Below are positions 1-10,451 of a stretch of DNA of 64,000 nucleotides, piece after piece. The first letter of the stretch is position 1; every line of letters starts with the position of its first letter. Both the position numbers and the translations under genes were made by a program. Below the pieces are notes generated by a model that saw only the letters and a list, made by a program, of their open reading frames with translations, had not been told where the DNA came from and ran no database searches. The DNA comes from an uncultured Candidatus Saccharibacteria bacterium. GTDB taxonomy: Bacteria; Patescibacteriota; UBA1384; CAILIB01. The DNA lies in NCBI GenBank assembly GCA_964593885.1, contig CAZQKK010000001.1, forward strand, positions 169,929 through 233,928, in the 5' to 3' direction.

Positions 1-254
<254 letters not shown>

Positions 255-279
255 CACGTATTAGCTCAAAGGAAGGGAT

Positions 280-816
280 ATGCGAGAACTCATGCTGTTT
301 GCCGCCGGTGCTAGTCTAGCCGCAACTATTTTTCTCGTGGCTGCACTTGAGCTCGTCTTTACCATAAAGCGTCGCAAGCTCCACGAGCAACTTGATGCCA
401 AGGTGAAGGAGATGAAGTCAAACTACAACCAGTCGGTAAACCAGCTGGTTATGGAAGAAGAGCAGAAGCTCCAAGAAGCTGATCAGCACGTTGAGACGGT
501 TACCAGCCAAGCAGAAGAAGAGAAAGAACAGATTGAAACTGAGTTCAAGGCTCGCATGGCTAAACTTGAAGAGGAGACCGAGAAGTCCCTAGCAAAGGCC
601 AAGGAACACGCCAAAAAGATGGAGCAGGAAGCGAAGCTCAAGGCTGAAGAGTACCTCGAGAGCCGGAAAGATGAGGTTGAGCAGGAGCTGATGAACCTTG
701 TGATGAGTGTTACCAAAAAGGTTCTCCCCCAGAGCCTCACCTACGAGATCCAGAAGGAGCTCGTCATTAACGCCTTGAAAGAGGCAAAGCTAGGTAACGG
801 TCACGCACATGAGTAG
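280..816 (+). CDS. atpF: ATP synthase Fo subunit b
   Basis: N-terminal TM helix followed by a long E/K-rich coiled coil. Its position lies between the c and delta subunits. Confidence 0.8.
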   Translation: MRELMLFAAGASLAATIFLVAALELVFTIKRRKLHEQLDAKVKEMKSNYNQSVNQLVMEEEQKLQEADQHVETVTSQAEEEKEQIETEFKARMAKLEEETEKSLAKAKEHAKKMEQEAKLKAEEYLESRKDEVEQELMNLVMSVTKKVLPQSLTYEIQKELVINALKEAKLGNGHAHE

Positions 817-1333
817 CCTTGCTCAAGAGCTTACCGGAAGCTTCATCAAGGCCGAACAGCTAGACCTCCTCTACCTCTCCATCATCAGCCTCTTGGACAT
901 GGTGAAGGACGGCGAGATTGACCTTGTCCTGGATCAAGATGGCAAGAGCGTCAAGCAGAAACGCCTGTTCATAGACAAGCTGGTAGATGGCATCCACTCC
1001 CCCGAACTCGCTGAACTCCTCCGCCAGCAACCCCTCGAGTTCTTCTACGAGAAGGACTTTGGACCCTTCTTAGAACAGCTCAAGAAAGAGGCTGATCAGT
1101 TTGAAATTGTGAGAATTACCGTCGCCCTCGAGTTTAAAGAAGCTGACCTGCGAGACATGACAGCTTTCCTCAGCGAAAAACTTGGGAAACCAACCGTGCT
1201 CAGTATCAAGGTAGACAGGAACCTCTTTGGCGGAGCAATAGTCCAACATGGTAGCTACCAGAGCGATTTTAGCCTCCACACCCAGCTTGATATTTTCAGG
1301 TCACGCTGGCACAAAGCGGTAGTAGCTCAGTAG
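809..1333 (+). CDS. atpH: ATP synthase F1 delta subunit (OSCP)
   Basis: Size and operon position fit, with a C-terminal ...LFGGAIVQHGSYQSDFSL motif resembling the delta consensus. Its end overlaps the atpF stop and the atpA start. Confidence 0.7.
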   Translation: MSSLAQELTGSFIKAEQLDLLYLSIISLLDMVKDGEIDLVLDQDGKSVKQKRLFIDKLVDGIHSPELAELLRQQPLEFFYEKDFGPFLEQLKKEADQFEIVRITVALEFKEADLRDMTAFLSEKLGKPTVLSIKVDRNLFGGAIVQHGSYQSDFSLHTQLDIFRSRWHKAVVAQ

Positions 1334-1335
1334 CC

Positions 1336-3066
1336 ATGCCAGTGCCACCAAAAGCAAAGCCCCTGAAGGCTAAACCTGCTGCCCCAAAGCGCGTCAACCC
1401 GGCAATCGCCATTACCGAGGATCTCAAGAGTAGCCTCCCAGAGCACCGCTCTGCCCCGGTAGTTGAGGAGATTGGCCAGGTAGTCTACATCGGTGACGGA
1501 ATCTGTAAGATTAGCGGACTTCCTTCGGTGAGAATGGAGGATATCGTTCAAATTGAGCCTGAAGAGGGCGACCCTATTCCAGCCCTAGTACTCGGTATGA
1601 GCGAGACGCTCATTGAGGCGGTAGTTCTCACTGACTACACCAAGATTCGGCAGGGTAACACCGTAAGGTCTAAGGGAGATGTCCTCACCATTGCTGGGGG
1701 CGAAGGAATGCTCGGGCGTATCGTCACCCCACTTGGAGAACCGCTAGATGGCAAAGGCCCCATCAACAGCCACACCCAGTACCCCGTTGAGCGACAGGCT
1801 CCAGGAGTTGCTAAACGCGCTCCCGTTGCAGACCAGTTTGAGTGTGGAGTTCTCGTGGTAGACACCCTCGTTCCACTTGGACAGGGTCAACGTGAGCTAG
1901 TGATTGGCGATAGAAAGTCTGGAAAAACCAGACTCATGGCAAACTTCATCATCAACCAGAAGGGTAAGGGGGTGTACTGCGTCTACGTTGCGATTGGCGC
2001 CCAGAAGGCAAAGATTCGTTCGCTCCAAGATATGCTGGTGAAAGCCGGGGCTATGGAATACACCTGCATCGTCATGGGTGGATCAGACTACCCACCTTCC
2101 CTCAACTACATCGCTCCCTACGCCGGGACCGCCATTGCTGAGAGCTTCATGTACGACGGCAAGCACGCCATCATCATCTACGACGACCTCTCTCGCCACG
2201 CTAAGGCCTACAGGCAAATGTCTCTCCTCCTCAAGCGCTCCCCTGGTCGTGATGCCTACCCAGGAGACATCTTCTACCTCCACTCACGCCTCCTTGAGAG
2301 GTCGGCTAAGCTGCACCCAAAGCTTGGTGGTGGCTCACTGACAGGATTCCCGATGGCCGAAACTCAGAACGGTGATAACTCTGAGTACATCGTGACCAAC
2401 TTGATGTCGATTACCGACGGCCACATCTACCTGGACGTTAACCTGATGCACGAAGGTGTGCTGCCAGCTGTTAACTCAGGATCCTCGGTATCACGCATTG
2501 GTGGAGGCGTGCAGCCACCGTGTCTACGTAAGACTGGTGAGCTGGCATCGTCCCAGATGGCGAGGTTTAACGAGGTTAAGTCATTTGAAACGCTCAACAC
2601 CGAGATTAACGAGGAAACTGAGCGTGAAATTAAACGTGGTAAACGGCTCCTCGTTATCTTTGGCCAGGACAGCAAGCTAGCACTTAGTAACGATGAGAAA
2701 ACTCTCCTGATGTACCTAGTCGTAACCGGCATGTCAGACAACGTTGAGGTGACAGATCTCAAGGTGGTCCGTGACGAACTCATCCCTTTCTACCGGGCAG
2801 GCTCATACACCGAGTACAAAGAGAAGTCTACCACTGAGAAAGACCTCAAAGCCCTAGACCCTTACATCAGAACTATCGTCACCGACTACCTGAAAACCTG
2901 TGAAGCCCCAACAGCCCGCTACCTCATTGAATCAATGGAGCAGCAGGCCGACGCTCTCCCAATCGTTCCCGATCCTGCCGCAGTAGCTGAAGCTGAGAAG
3001 CAGGCTGAGAAAGATGCCGCCGATGCCAAGAAAGCTGAGGAGAAACCAGCTGAAGAAAAGAAGTAG
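1336..3066 (+). CDS. atpA: ATP synthase F1 alpha subunit with N- and C-terminal low-complexity extensions
   Basis: P-loop GDRKSGKT and alpha-family core. 576 aa against a typical length near 510. K/P-rich N-terminal tail and K/E/A-rich C-terminal tail. Confidence 0.95.
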   Translation: MPVPPKAKPLKAKPAAPKRVNPAIAITEDLKSSLPEHRSAPVVEEIGQVVYIGDGICKISGLPSVRMEDIVQIEPEEGDPIPALVLGMSETLIEAVVLTDYTKIRQGNTVRSKGDVLTIAGGEGMLGRIVTPLGEPLDGKGPINSHTQYPVERQAPGVAKRAPVADQFECGVLVVDTLVPLGQGQRELVIGDRKSGKTRLMANFIINQKGKGVYCVYVAIGAQKAKIRSLQDMLVKAGAMEYTCIVMGGSDYPPSLNYIAPYAGTAIAESFMYDGKHAIIIYDDLSRHAKAYRQMSLLLKRSPGRDAYPGDIFYLHSRLLERSAKLHPKLGGGSLTGFPMAETQNGDNSEYIVTNLMSITDGHIYLDVNLMHEGVLPAVNSGSSVSRIGGGVQPPCLRKTGELASSQMARFNEVKSFETLNTEINEETEREIKRGKRLLVIFGQDSKLALSNDEKTLLMYLVVTGMSDNVEVTDLKVVRDELIPFYRAGSYTEYKEKSTTEKDLKALDPYIRTIVTDYLKTCEAPTARYLIESMEQQADALPIVPDPAAVAEAEKQAEKDAADAKKAEEKPAEEKK

Positions 3067-3069
3067 TAT

Positions 3070-3954
3070 ATGTCTACACTCAACGAGGTAAAGGAACAGA
3101 TGGTGGTAGTAAAGTCTGTTGGAGACTTTACTAACGCCCTCCAGCAAATTGCCACCATGAGAATGATGAAGCTTCGCGGAAAGGTGCTCCAGAGTAGACC
3201 TTTCGTGGAGGCAGCAACCAGCATCCTCAAGGAACTTCTGTCTATTAGGAATAGCCTGGACAGTGTCACCCTTATGAAACAGGATAAGAAGGGTAAAGGA
3301 GGTACTCAGGTGAAGGTTGAGACGCCTGTGTTTAACAAGCGCCGAGCAGTGATTGTAGTCACCTCAAACCAGGGTCTTTCAGGCCAGTACAACATTGAAA
3401 TCTACCGGAAGCTGGAAAAAGTGATGGCTGATGAGGCTTCTGCTGACTACTTCGTGATTGGTAAGAAAGGTCAAGAGTACTTTGCTTCAAACCGTAAGAT
3501 TAAGGTAGAAAACTTCCCCTACGAGGTAAAAGATAACTTCACCATTGAGGATCTCAAGCGCTTGATTGGGATGTTTGACTACTACGGCCACGTCACCCTC
3601 ATCTACTCACGTTTCATCAACACAGCTACCCGCGACGTAGTTGCAATTTCGATCATGAACCCCGTGCTTGAAGAGAGCGAAAAGGATAAGGAACAACCTG
3701 GAAAGTTCATCTTTGAACCTGAGCTCACCGAGCTCATTGAGGGAGTTTCCAAGAAGCTCCGTGCCGCCCTCTTCCAGCAGCAGATCTTTGATGCCCGTCT
3801 CTCCCAGTTCTCAGCTCAGATGGTGGGAATGAAAACTGCCTCAGACAACGCAAACAACCTCATCACAGACCTGAGGCTTGAGTACAACAAGGCAAGACGT
3901 AAGATGATCGATAAGAAGATTGGCGAGGTTTTCGCAGGAAGTTCCCTATGGTAG
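3070..3954 (+). CDS. atpG: ATP synthase F1 gamma subunit
   Basis: The N-terminus ...QQIATMRMMKLRGKVLQSRPF matches the gamma consensus, and the gene sits between alpha and beta. Confidence 0.9.
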   Translation: MSTLNEVKEQMVVVKSVGDFTNALQQIATMRMMKLRGKVLQSRPFVEAATSILKELLSIRNSLDSVTLMKQDKKGKGGTQVKVETPVFNKRRAVIVVTSNQGLSGQYNIEIYRKLEKVMADEASADYFVIGKKGQEYFASNRKIKVENFPYEVKDNFTIEDLKRLIGMFDYYGHVTLIYSRFINTATRDVVAISIMNPVLEESEKDKEQPGKFIFEPELTELIEGVSKKLRAALFQQQIFDARLSQFSAQMVGMKTASDNANNLITDLRLEYNKARRKMIDKKIGEVFAGSSLW

Positions 3955-4151
3955 CCAAGCAGAAGAGAAACCCCAAACACCTCTCCTACCTCATGTCGGG
4001 AACTGGCATGATTGTCTACTGGTGGGGCGTCTGGGGTATCCTAGAGCACTTTCTCCTCCCCGAACACCAGCTCATCAGCTACATCATTGGGATTAGTGCC
4101 GGCCTATCGCTCCTCTACCTGAACGATAAGAGCTTCCGAGAGCTTGGCTGA
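3948..4151 (+). CDS. small 2-TM membrane protein (67 aa) inserted between atpG and atpD
   Basis: The ORF exactly fills the 232-bp atpG-atpD gap. AGGAAG sits 6 nt upstream of the ATG. Two hydrophobic helices (IVYWWGVWGIL, ISYIIGISAGLSLLYL). Confidence 0.4.
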   Translation: MVAKQKRNPKHLSYLMSGTGMIVYWWGVWGILEHFLLPEHQLISYIIGISAGLSLLYLNDKSFRELG

Positions 4152-4179
4152 CGGAACCACCCCACATCACGTACAATAG

Positions 4180-5598
<1,419 letters not shown>

Positions 5599-5601
5599 CC
5601 T

Positions 5602-5841
5602 ATGGCACTCCAGGTAACCGTCATCAACCCTGACGAAGTCCTCTTTGAGGGTGAGGTGGAGTACATCTTAGCTCCCACCCCAAAGGGAACAGTGGGTATC
5701 TTACCTAATCATACCCCGATGTTTGCCGAGCTCAGGCCTGGTGAGGTAATCCTCCATGGAACCGAGGAGAAAAAATACACCATTGATGCGGGCCTCCTGA
5801 AAGTACGGGCTGACGAGGTGACCATTCTCATTGGATTGTAA
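5602..5841 (+). CDS. atpC: ATP synthase F1 epsilon subunit, short form (beta-sandwich domain only)
   Basis: 79 aa, ...VINPDEVLFEGEVEYILAPTPKGTVGILPNHTPMFAEL... The C-terminal helical hairpin is absent. Confidence 0.8.
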   Translation: MALQVTVINPDEVLFEGEVEYILAPTPKGTVGILPNHTPMFAELRPGEVILHGTEEKKYTIDAGLLKVRADEVTILIGL

Positions 5842-5858
5842 AAGCTTTGTATACCCTC

Positions 5859-5882
5859 GAGACTCCCATGAGTCTCTTTTTT
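5859..5882 (+). terminator. intrinsic terminator after the atp operon
   Basis: Stem gagactc / loop ccat / stem gagtctc, followed by tttttt. Confidence 0.6.
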
Positions 5883-6036
5883 GTAGGCTTCCAACTCTTT
5901 TGGATACCTCGCACTTCAATGTATATCTGGCAAAAGTGCGTCTCACCCAGTCTTTCTGGTTTCGGCTTCCAGATAGCAGAATTTCATACACCATCGTACG
6001 TTTAGGTTTTGCAACCTGACCTACACTGTTGACACC

Positions 6037-6066
6037 TATAAGCAAGCTCCCGTTTAATGGTTGTGT
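6037..6066 (+). promoter_or_regulatory. candidate sigma70-like promoter (TTGACA-N18-TTTAAT)
   Basis: This is the only good -35/-10 pair in the 270-bp intergenic region upstream of the 6161 ORF. Confidence 0.25.
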
Positions 6067-6160
6067 ATCTGTAATCTTTACAACTCGAACACCCAACTTC
6101 CCAACCTTTCCACCATTTCACCTTTTATTTGATCCCCTTTATCCGTAACTACCTGTCTCT

Positions 6161-7315
6161 ATGACAAACTTTCGTAAGGTAGTAAGCACGTTACTCTCAG
6201 TGAGTACCGCCCTTACCCTCACCGGCTTCAATTTGGCTGGTACCGCACAAGGTGCCCAGTTGAAAGAAGCGTCAGTATCCCTCGCGGACCCACGTCCAAG
6301 CACTAGTACTTCGCACACAATCACGTTTAAGATTGCAACAACAAACAACGTAGGAAGCCTACAGTTTGTCTACGCAAACACCGCTTCTGGTTCAGGTCTG
6401 CCAACTGGTCTTACCACCAACGCAAACACCACCATTACGACGTTCACCACACCTGCAAACGATGCAGCAAACTGGACCCGTACTAACCCTGCAAACGGCA
6501 CAATGCGTTTCTTCCGTTCTTCAGCTACCTCAGCTACCGCTAACGATACCTGGATTGTTACACTCCCAGCTATCACCAACAACAGCCAATCATCAGCTTG
6601 TGACGCTGTCTCAAACTCAGACTCCTGCTGGGTACAGATCACCACTTACTCAGATACTGGTTGGGCAACCCCAGTAGACAGTACCACCGCTACCTACACC
6701 ATTACAGACTCTGTAACAGTTACGGCTACGGTAGACCCAATCCTTACCTTCACCGTTGCAGCCGTTACCTCTGGTAACCTTGCATCAAACGACACAAATG
6801 CTGGTACTGGTACCACAGTAACTTCTACTGCTACCACCCTGCCATTTGGTAACGTTACCGTAGGTACTCCTAAGATGGCTCAGCACCAGCTGAACACCCA
6901 GACTAACGCTAACAACGGTTACACCATCTACGGTAAGTTCATCACTGCCGGAAATGAAGTAATGGTTGGAAACGCAGTCTCAACAAACAACATCGACAGG
7001 TTCACCGCTTCTTCCGCTACCTGGTCAAGTCCACAGACCTGGGCAGCACCAACTGGTTCAACTGCTAACGTAAACTCTGCTTGGCTTGGTGCTCGTACAA
7101 CCGACACCGACGTTGCAGGATTCAACGTTTCTGACAAGTACGGTCCTCCAGATATTCTTTCAGACTCTGGTTCAGGTAAGGCTGTCATGAGTTCAACAGG
7201 TCCTGATAACGGTTCAACCGCTGTCTACGTTACCTACAAGATTCAGGCAAACGCCTTCCAACCTGCTGACCTTTACACAGGAACATGGGTGTACAACGTT
7301 CTCGCTAGCTACTAG
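6161..7315 (+). CDS. secreted Thr/Ser/Asn-rich protein (signal peptide, low complexity), possible abundant surface or S-layer-like protein
   Basis: N-terminal signal peptide (..LAGTAQGA). Strongly biased T/S/N/A composition. Stand-alone transcription unit with its own terminator. Confidence 0.6.
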   Translation: MTNFRKVVSTLLSVSTALTLTGFNLAGTAQGAQLKEASVSLADPRPSTSTSHTITFKIATTNNVGSLQFVYANTASGSGLPTGLTTNANTTITTFTTPANDAANWTRTNPANGTMRFFRSSATSATANDTWIVTLPAITNNSQSSACDAVSNSDSCWVQITTYSDTGWATPVDSTTATYTITDSVTVTATVDPILTFTVAAVTSGNLASNDTNAGTGTTVTSTATTLPFGNVTVGTPKMAQHQLNTQTNANNGYTIYGKFITAGNEVMVGNAVSTNNIDRFTASSATWSSPQTWAAPTGSTANVNSAWLGARTTDTDVAGFNVSDKYGPPDILSDSGSGKAVMSSTGPDNGSTAVYVTYKIQANAFQPADLYTGTWVYNVLASY

Positions 7316-7333
7316 TTAGAACCTCTTGTCAGA

Positions 7334-7365
7334 AAAGCGCTCCCTCACGGGGGCGCTTTTCGTTT
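7334..7365 (+). terminator. intrinsic terminator
   Basis: aaagcgctccc-tcac-gggggcgcttt stem-loop followed by T-rich sequence. Confidence 0.55.
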
Positions 7366-7384
7366 AGTATATTTCGCCTATACT

Positions 7385-8158
7385 GTGCTCATGGAAGCAA
7401 GAACAAAGTCTATTCTCACCATTTCCCTAGGCGGGTCACTGCTCTTGGCGTTAATCCTTAGCTCTTGGCTCCCCCGATCATGCCCACTTCTCAGAGACCT
7501 GATAACCAACTGCCCTAAGCAAGTTGACCCAACATCACTGCTTTCCCCTGAGATTAAAGAGCTTAACCGTATCCCTCACCAGGATATCTTTAAAGAAACG
7601 GTAGACTTTTCAGTCCCTGCCCAGCCAAATCGTGAAGCTACCCAGGTGAGATTTACCTACCGCGGGAATTTAGAGAAACAGTTTGTCTACCTCAAAGTCA
7701 TAGAGGCAACTGGTGAGCGCGTTATCACCGTGGTTAACCACCCCCTCCTCTTCAAGCTCAACTGGCCGCGCATCTCCACCACACTCCCCAACGCTACCAT
7801 CTACCAGCGCAATCTCACCTACGCCTCTATTGATGAACTCAAGGCAAACCTCCCTAGCAAGGCTTTCTTTGCGGTAGATAGCGTCATTGCTAAAGAGTGG
7901 AACCTTAGCCCTGAGCAGTACACCCTCTTAGACTCACTCACCAGCCTTGATGGCATTGAAACCATAGCTACTAGCTACATCCCCCCAGAGCCTGACGGTG
8001 AGTGGTACAAGTTCTCCCAAACCTTCGATCTCACCAATGCATTTGTTGACGGAATTACCGGAAACCTCAAGTGGTTCCTCAAACTCCCCGGCAATAACGC
8101 AGAGGGTGAGCCATTCAGAATGAGCACCGTGAACGTCGGTTTTACCTCCAAGAAGTAA
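7385..8158 (+). CDS. hypothetical secreted / membrane-anchored protein
   Basis: N-terminal hydrophobic signal/anchor. No recognisable catalytic motifs. Confidence 0.5.
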   Translation: MLMEARTKSILTISLGGSLLLALILSSWLPRSCPLLRDLITNCPKQVDPTSLLSPEIKELNRIPHQDIFKETVDFSVPAQPNREATQVRFTYRGNLEKQFVYLKVIEATGERVITVVNHPLLFKLNWPRISTTLPNATIYQRNLTYASIDELKANLPSKAFFAVDSVIAKEWNLSPEQYTLLDSLTSLDGIETIATSYIPPEPDGEWYKFSQTFDLTNAFVDGITGNLKWFLKLPGNNAEGEPFRMSTVNVGFTSKK

Positions 8159-8223
8159 AAAAGCGCTTGCAAGCTCAAAAATTTCTGCTGATAATGGAAT
8201 TACCCAGTTCGTAGCACCCACCA

Positions 8224-9180
8224 ATGTTTCGCCTTACTCACTCTGTGGTTGGAAAGCTCCTCACCGTCTTTGCCGTAGCACTCACCCTCTTGGCGGTACC
8301 CAGTAAAACAAGCTACGCGGATACCGTTTCGGTTATCCCCCCGCGTTTTGAGCTCCGTGGTAATCCAGGCGACATCATCCAGGAAAAGCTCCGGGTCAGA
8401 AATGACAGCCAACAGAGCATTACCTACGCAATCCAGGTTGAAGACTTCCAGGCTAAGGATGATCAAGGGGGTGTAGACCTCATTGAAGGAGACGATGCCA
8501 CTGCAAAGGGTAGCTACAAGCTTGCTAGTTGGATTACTACAGACCCAGACAAAATTACCATTGCTCCAGGGGATGAAAAGGTTATCACCATCAACATCAA
8601 GATTCCAAAGACAGCAGAGCCAGGAGGTCACTTTGCCTCAGTACTCATCAAGCGTTCTGGAGGCGATGTCACCGGAGGTGCCTCTGTTGATAGCCGTATT
8701 GGAAGCCTCATTCTCCTCCGTGTCTCGGGAGCCATCACCGAGAGCGCGGCAGTAGACAGCTTCAAGGCAGAAGAGAGTATCTCACAGTACGGACCAGTCA
8801 CCTTTGCCCTAAGGACTAAGAATGATGGTAACGTACACGTCCAACCAAAGGGAACCATTGTCATCTACAACACCTTTGGAAAAGAGGTAACCAAGATCCC
8901 TCTCACCCAGGCAAACGTACTTCCAGGTTCAGCCCGTATCGTAAAGACAATCTGGGACGAAAAGAACCTCATCGGTAGGTACACCGCAACCCTTCAGGCT
9001 ACCTACGAGCAGAACACCCAACCAGGAATTGAGCCAAAGACCCTCACTGCCTCAACTACCTTCATCGTATTCCCACTCTGGCTGCTCTGGACCATTATTG
9101 GTCTCATCATCCTCATCTTCCTCCTCATTACTCAGAGAAAAGCTATCAAGAAGGCGCTCAACCGCCTCACGGCTGACTAG
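8224..9180 (+). CDS. cell-surface protein: signal peptide, beta-rich ectodomain, C-terminal TM anchor and short basic tail
   Basis: Signal peptide ..SYADTVS. The C-terminal ...FIVFPLWLLWTIIGLIILIFLLITQRKAIKK is a stop-transfer anchor. The architecture recalls DUF916/DUF3324-type (CscA-like) surface proteins, recalled from memory and not verified. Confidence 0.55.
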   Translation: MFRLTHSVVGKLLTVFAVALTLLAVPSKTSYADTVSVIPPRFELRGNPGDIIQEKLRVRNDSQQSITYAIQVEDFQAKDDQGGVDLIEGDDATAKGSYKLASWITTDPDKITIAPGDEKVITINIKIPKTAEPGGHFASVLIKRSGGDVTGGASVDSRIGSLILLRVSGAITESAAVDSFKAEESISQYGPVTFALRTKNDGNVHVQPKGTIVIYNTFGKEVTKIPLTQANVLPGSARIVKTIWDEKNLIGRYTATLQATYEQNTQPGIEPKTLTASTTFIVFPLWLLWTIIGLIILIFLLITQRKAIKKALNRLTAD

Positions 9181-9192
9181 CCCCGCAGCAGA

Positions 9193-10449
9193 ATGAGAGG
9201 GGTCCCACTGCTGCTTCGCCGCTTGATTGCCGGTAGCCTGATCACCCTGGCTACACTCTTCCCTATACTCCAACCACCGCAGGTTACCCACGCTGTGGGA
9301 GGGCTGGACCTGGCACGTGACTACATTGGAAGCCTCATTCCTGACGCTCCAAACATCTACCACGAGCTCTACTTCGTGCTACCAACAGGTTCAGAGCAGA
9401 TTAAGCCTGATGACTGGATTCTCATAGAGTTCCCCAACTACCAGCTGGTAGACATGGATGAAGCCATCTTCATTGGGAGCTTCAACACCCCAACAGTAAG
9501 CGTTGTAGGTACCACGGTAAGGATTACTGGACTAGCACTGCTGCCGGGAACCGGGGTAACCATCGCCAACGTAAAAGCCACCAACCCACCGGCTTTCGTG
9601 AGCACGGAAGTTAGGATAAAAGTTGCCGAAGATAACACTGGTTCGGTGGTGAGAAACCAAGCTACCATTATTCCTTCTGATACCAGGAGCGTGGTTAACG
9701 CAAGTGCTACCATTGAAACCCCCCTATCCTCACTCTCAATCAGTGGCTACACGGTTCCCTCAGCTTTCGTTACGGCTACAGAAAACGGAGGTGTAGCTGG
9801 TACCACCACCTCAAACGTAAACGGCTTCTTTACCTTCGTTATTACTGCCGCAGACCCTGGAAGTCATACGTACCTTATCTTTTCCACCGACCAAAATAAC
9901 CGCTCAACTGCACAGACCGCCGTCAACGTCTTCCTCATCGCCAATACCCTCACCACTGTTTCGCAAATCCTCCTCTCCTCTACCCTCGCCATTGATAAGG
10001 CTGAGATTGATCCTGGTGAGGTAATAACCTTCTACGGTACAGCAAAGCCAAACTCTCAGATTAACATCTTTGTTGAGGGTCCTCTCAGAACCTACTTCTC
10101 TAACTCCAACGCCGCAGGTGATTGGACCTTCACCCTCAGTGCCCTGGAAACCCAGGGGTATACCCCCGGTCAGTACCAGGTGTATACCATTGTGCAGGAC
10201 AACATTGGTAACCAGAGTATCACCAGTAACACGCTCACCTTCAAGGTGAAAAGCCAGGACAGTAACAACCCTGATCCTCTCTGCGATATTTCACGTGGAG
10301 ACCTCAACTGTAACAGCGTCACAAACCTAGTAGACTTTTCAATCCTACTCTACCACTGGGGCACAAATCACAAAGTTGCCGATATTAACAAAGACGGTGT
10401 GGTAAGCCTGGTAGATTTCTCGGTAATGATGTTCTACTTCACCAACTAG
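9193..10449 (+). CDS. secreted protein with Ig-like repeats and a C-terminal dockerin-like module
   Basis: Signal peptide. Two Ig-like repeats. The last 55 aa, CDISRGDLNCNSVTNLVDFSILLYHWGT...ADINKDGVVSLVDFSVMMFYF, are two calcium-binding D-x-N-x-D-G-x-V-x-x-x-D-F repeats typical of type I dockerin. Confidence 0.65.
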   Translation: MRGVPLLLRRLIAGSLITLATLFPILQPPQVTHAVGGLDLARDYIGSLIPDAPNIYHELYFVLPTGSEQIKPDDWILIEFPNYQLVDMDEAIFIGSFNTPTVSVVGTTVRITGLALLPGTGVTIANVKATNPPAFVSTEVRIKVAEDNTGSVVRNQATIIPSDTRSVVNASATIETPLSSLSISGYTVPSAFVTATENGGVAGTTTSNVNGFFTFVITAADPGSHTYLIFSTDQNNRSTAQTAVNVFLIANTLTTVSQILLSSTLAIDKAEIDPGEVITFYGTAKPNSQINIFVEGPLRTYFSNSNAAGDWTFTLSALETQGYTPGQYQVYTIVQDNIGNQSITSNTLTFKVKSQDSNNPDPLCDISRGDLNCNSVTNLVDFSILLYHWGTNHKVADINKDGVVSLVDFSVMMFYFTN

Positions 10450-10451
10450 AC

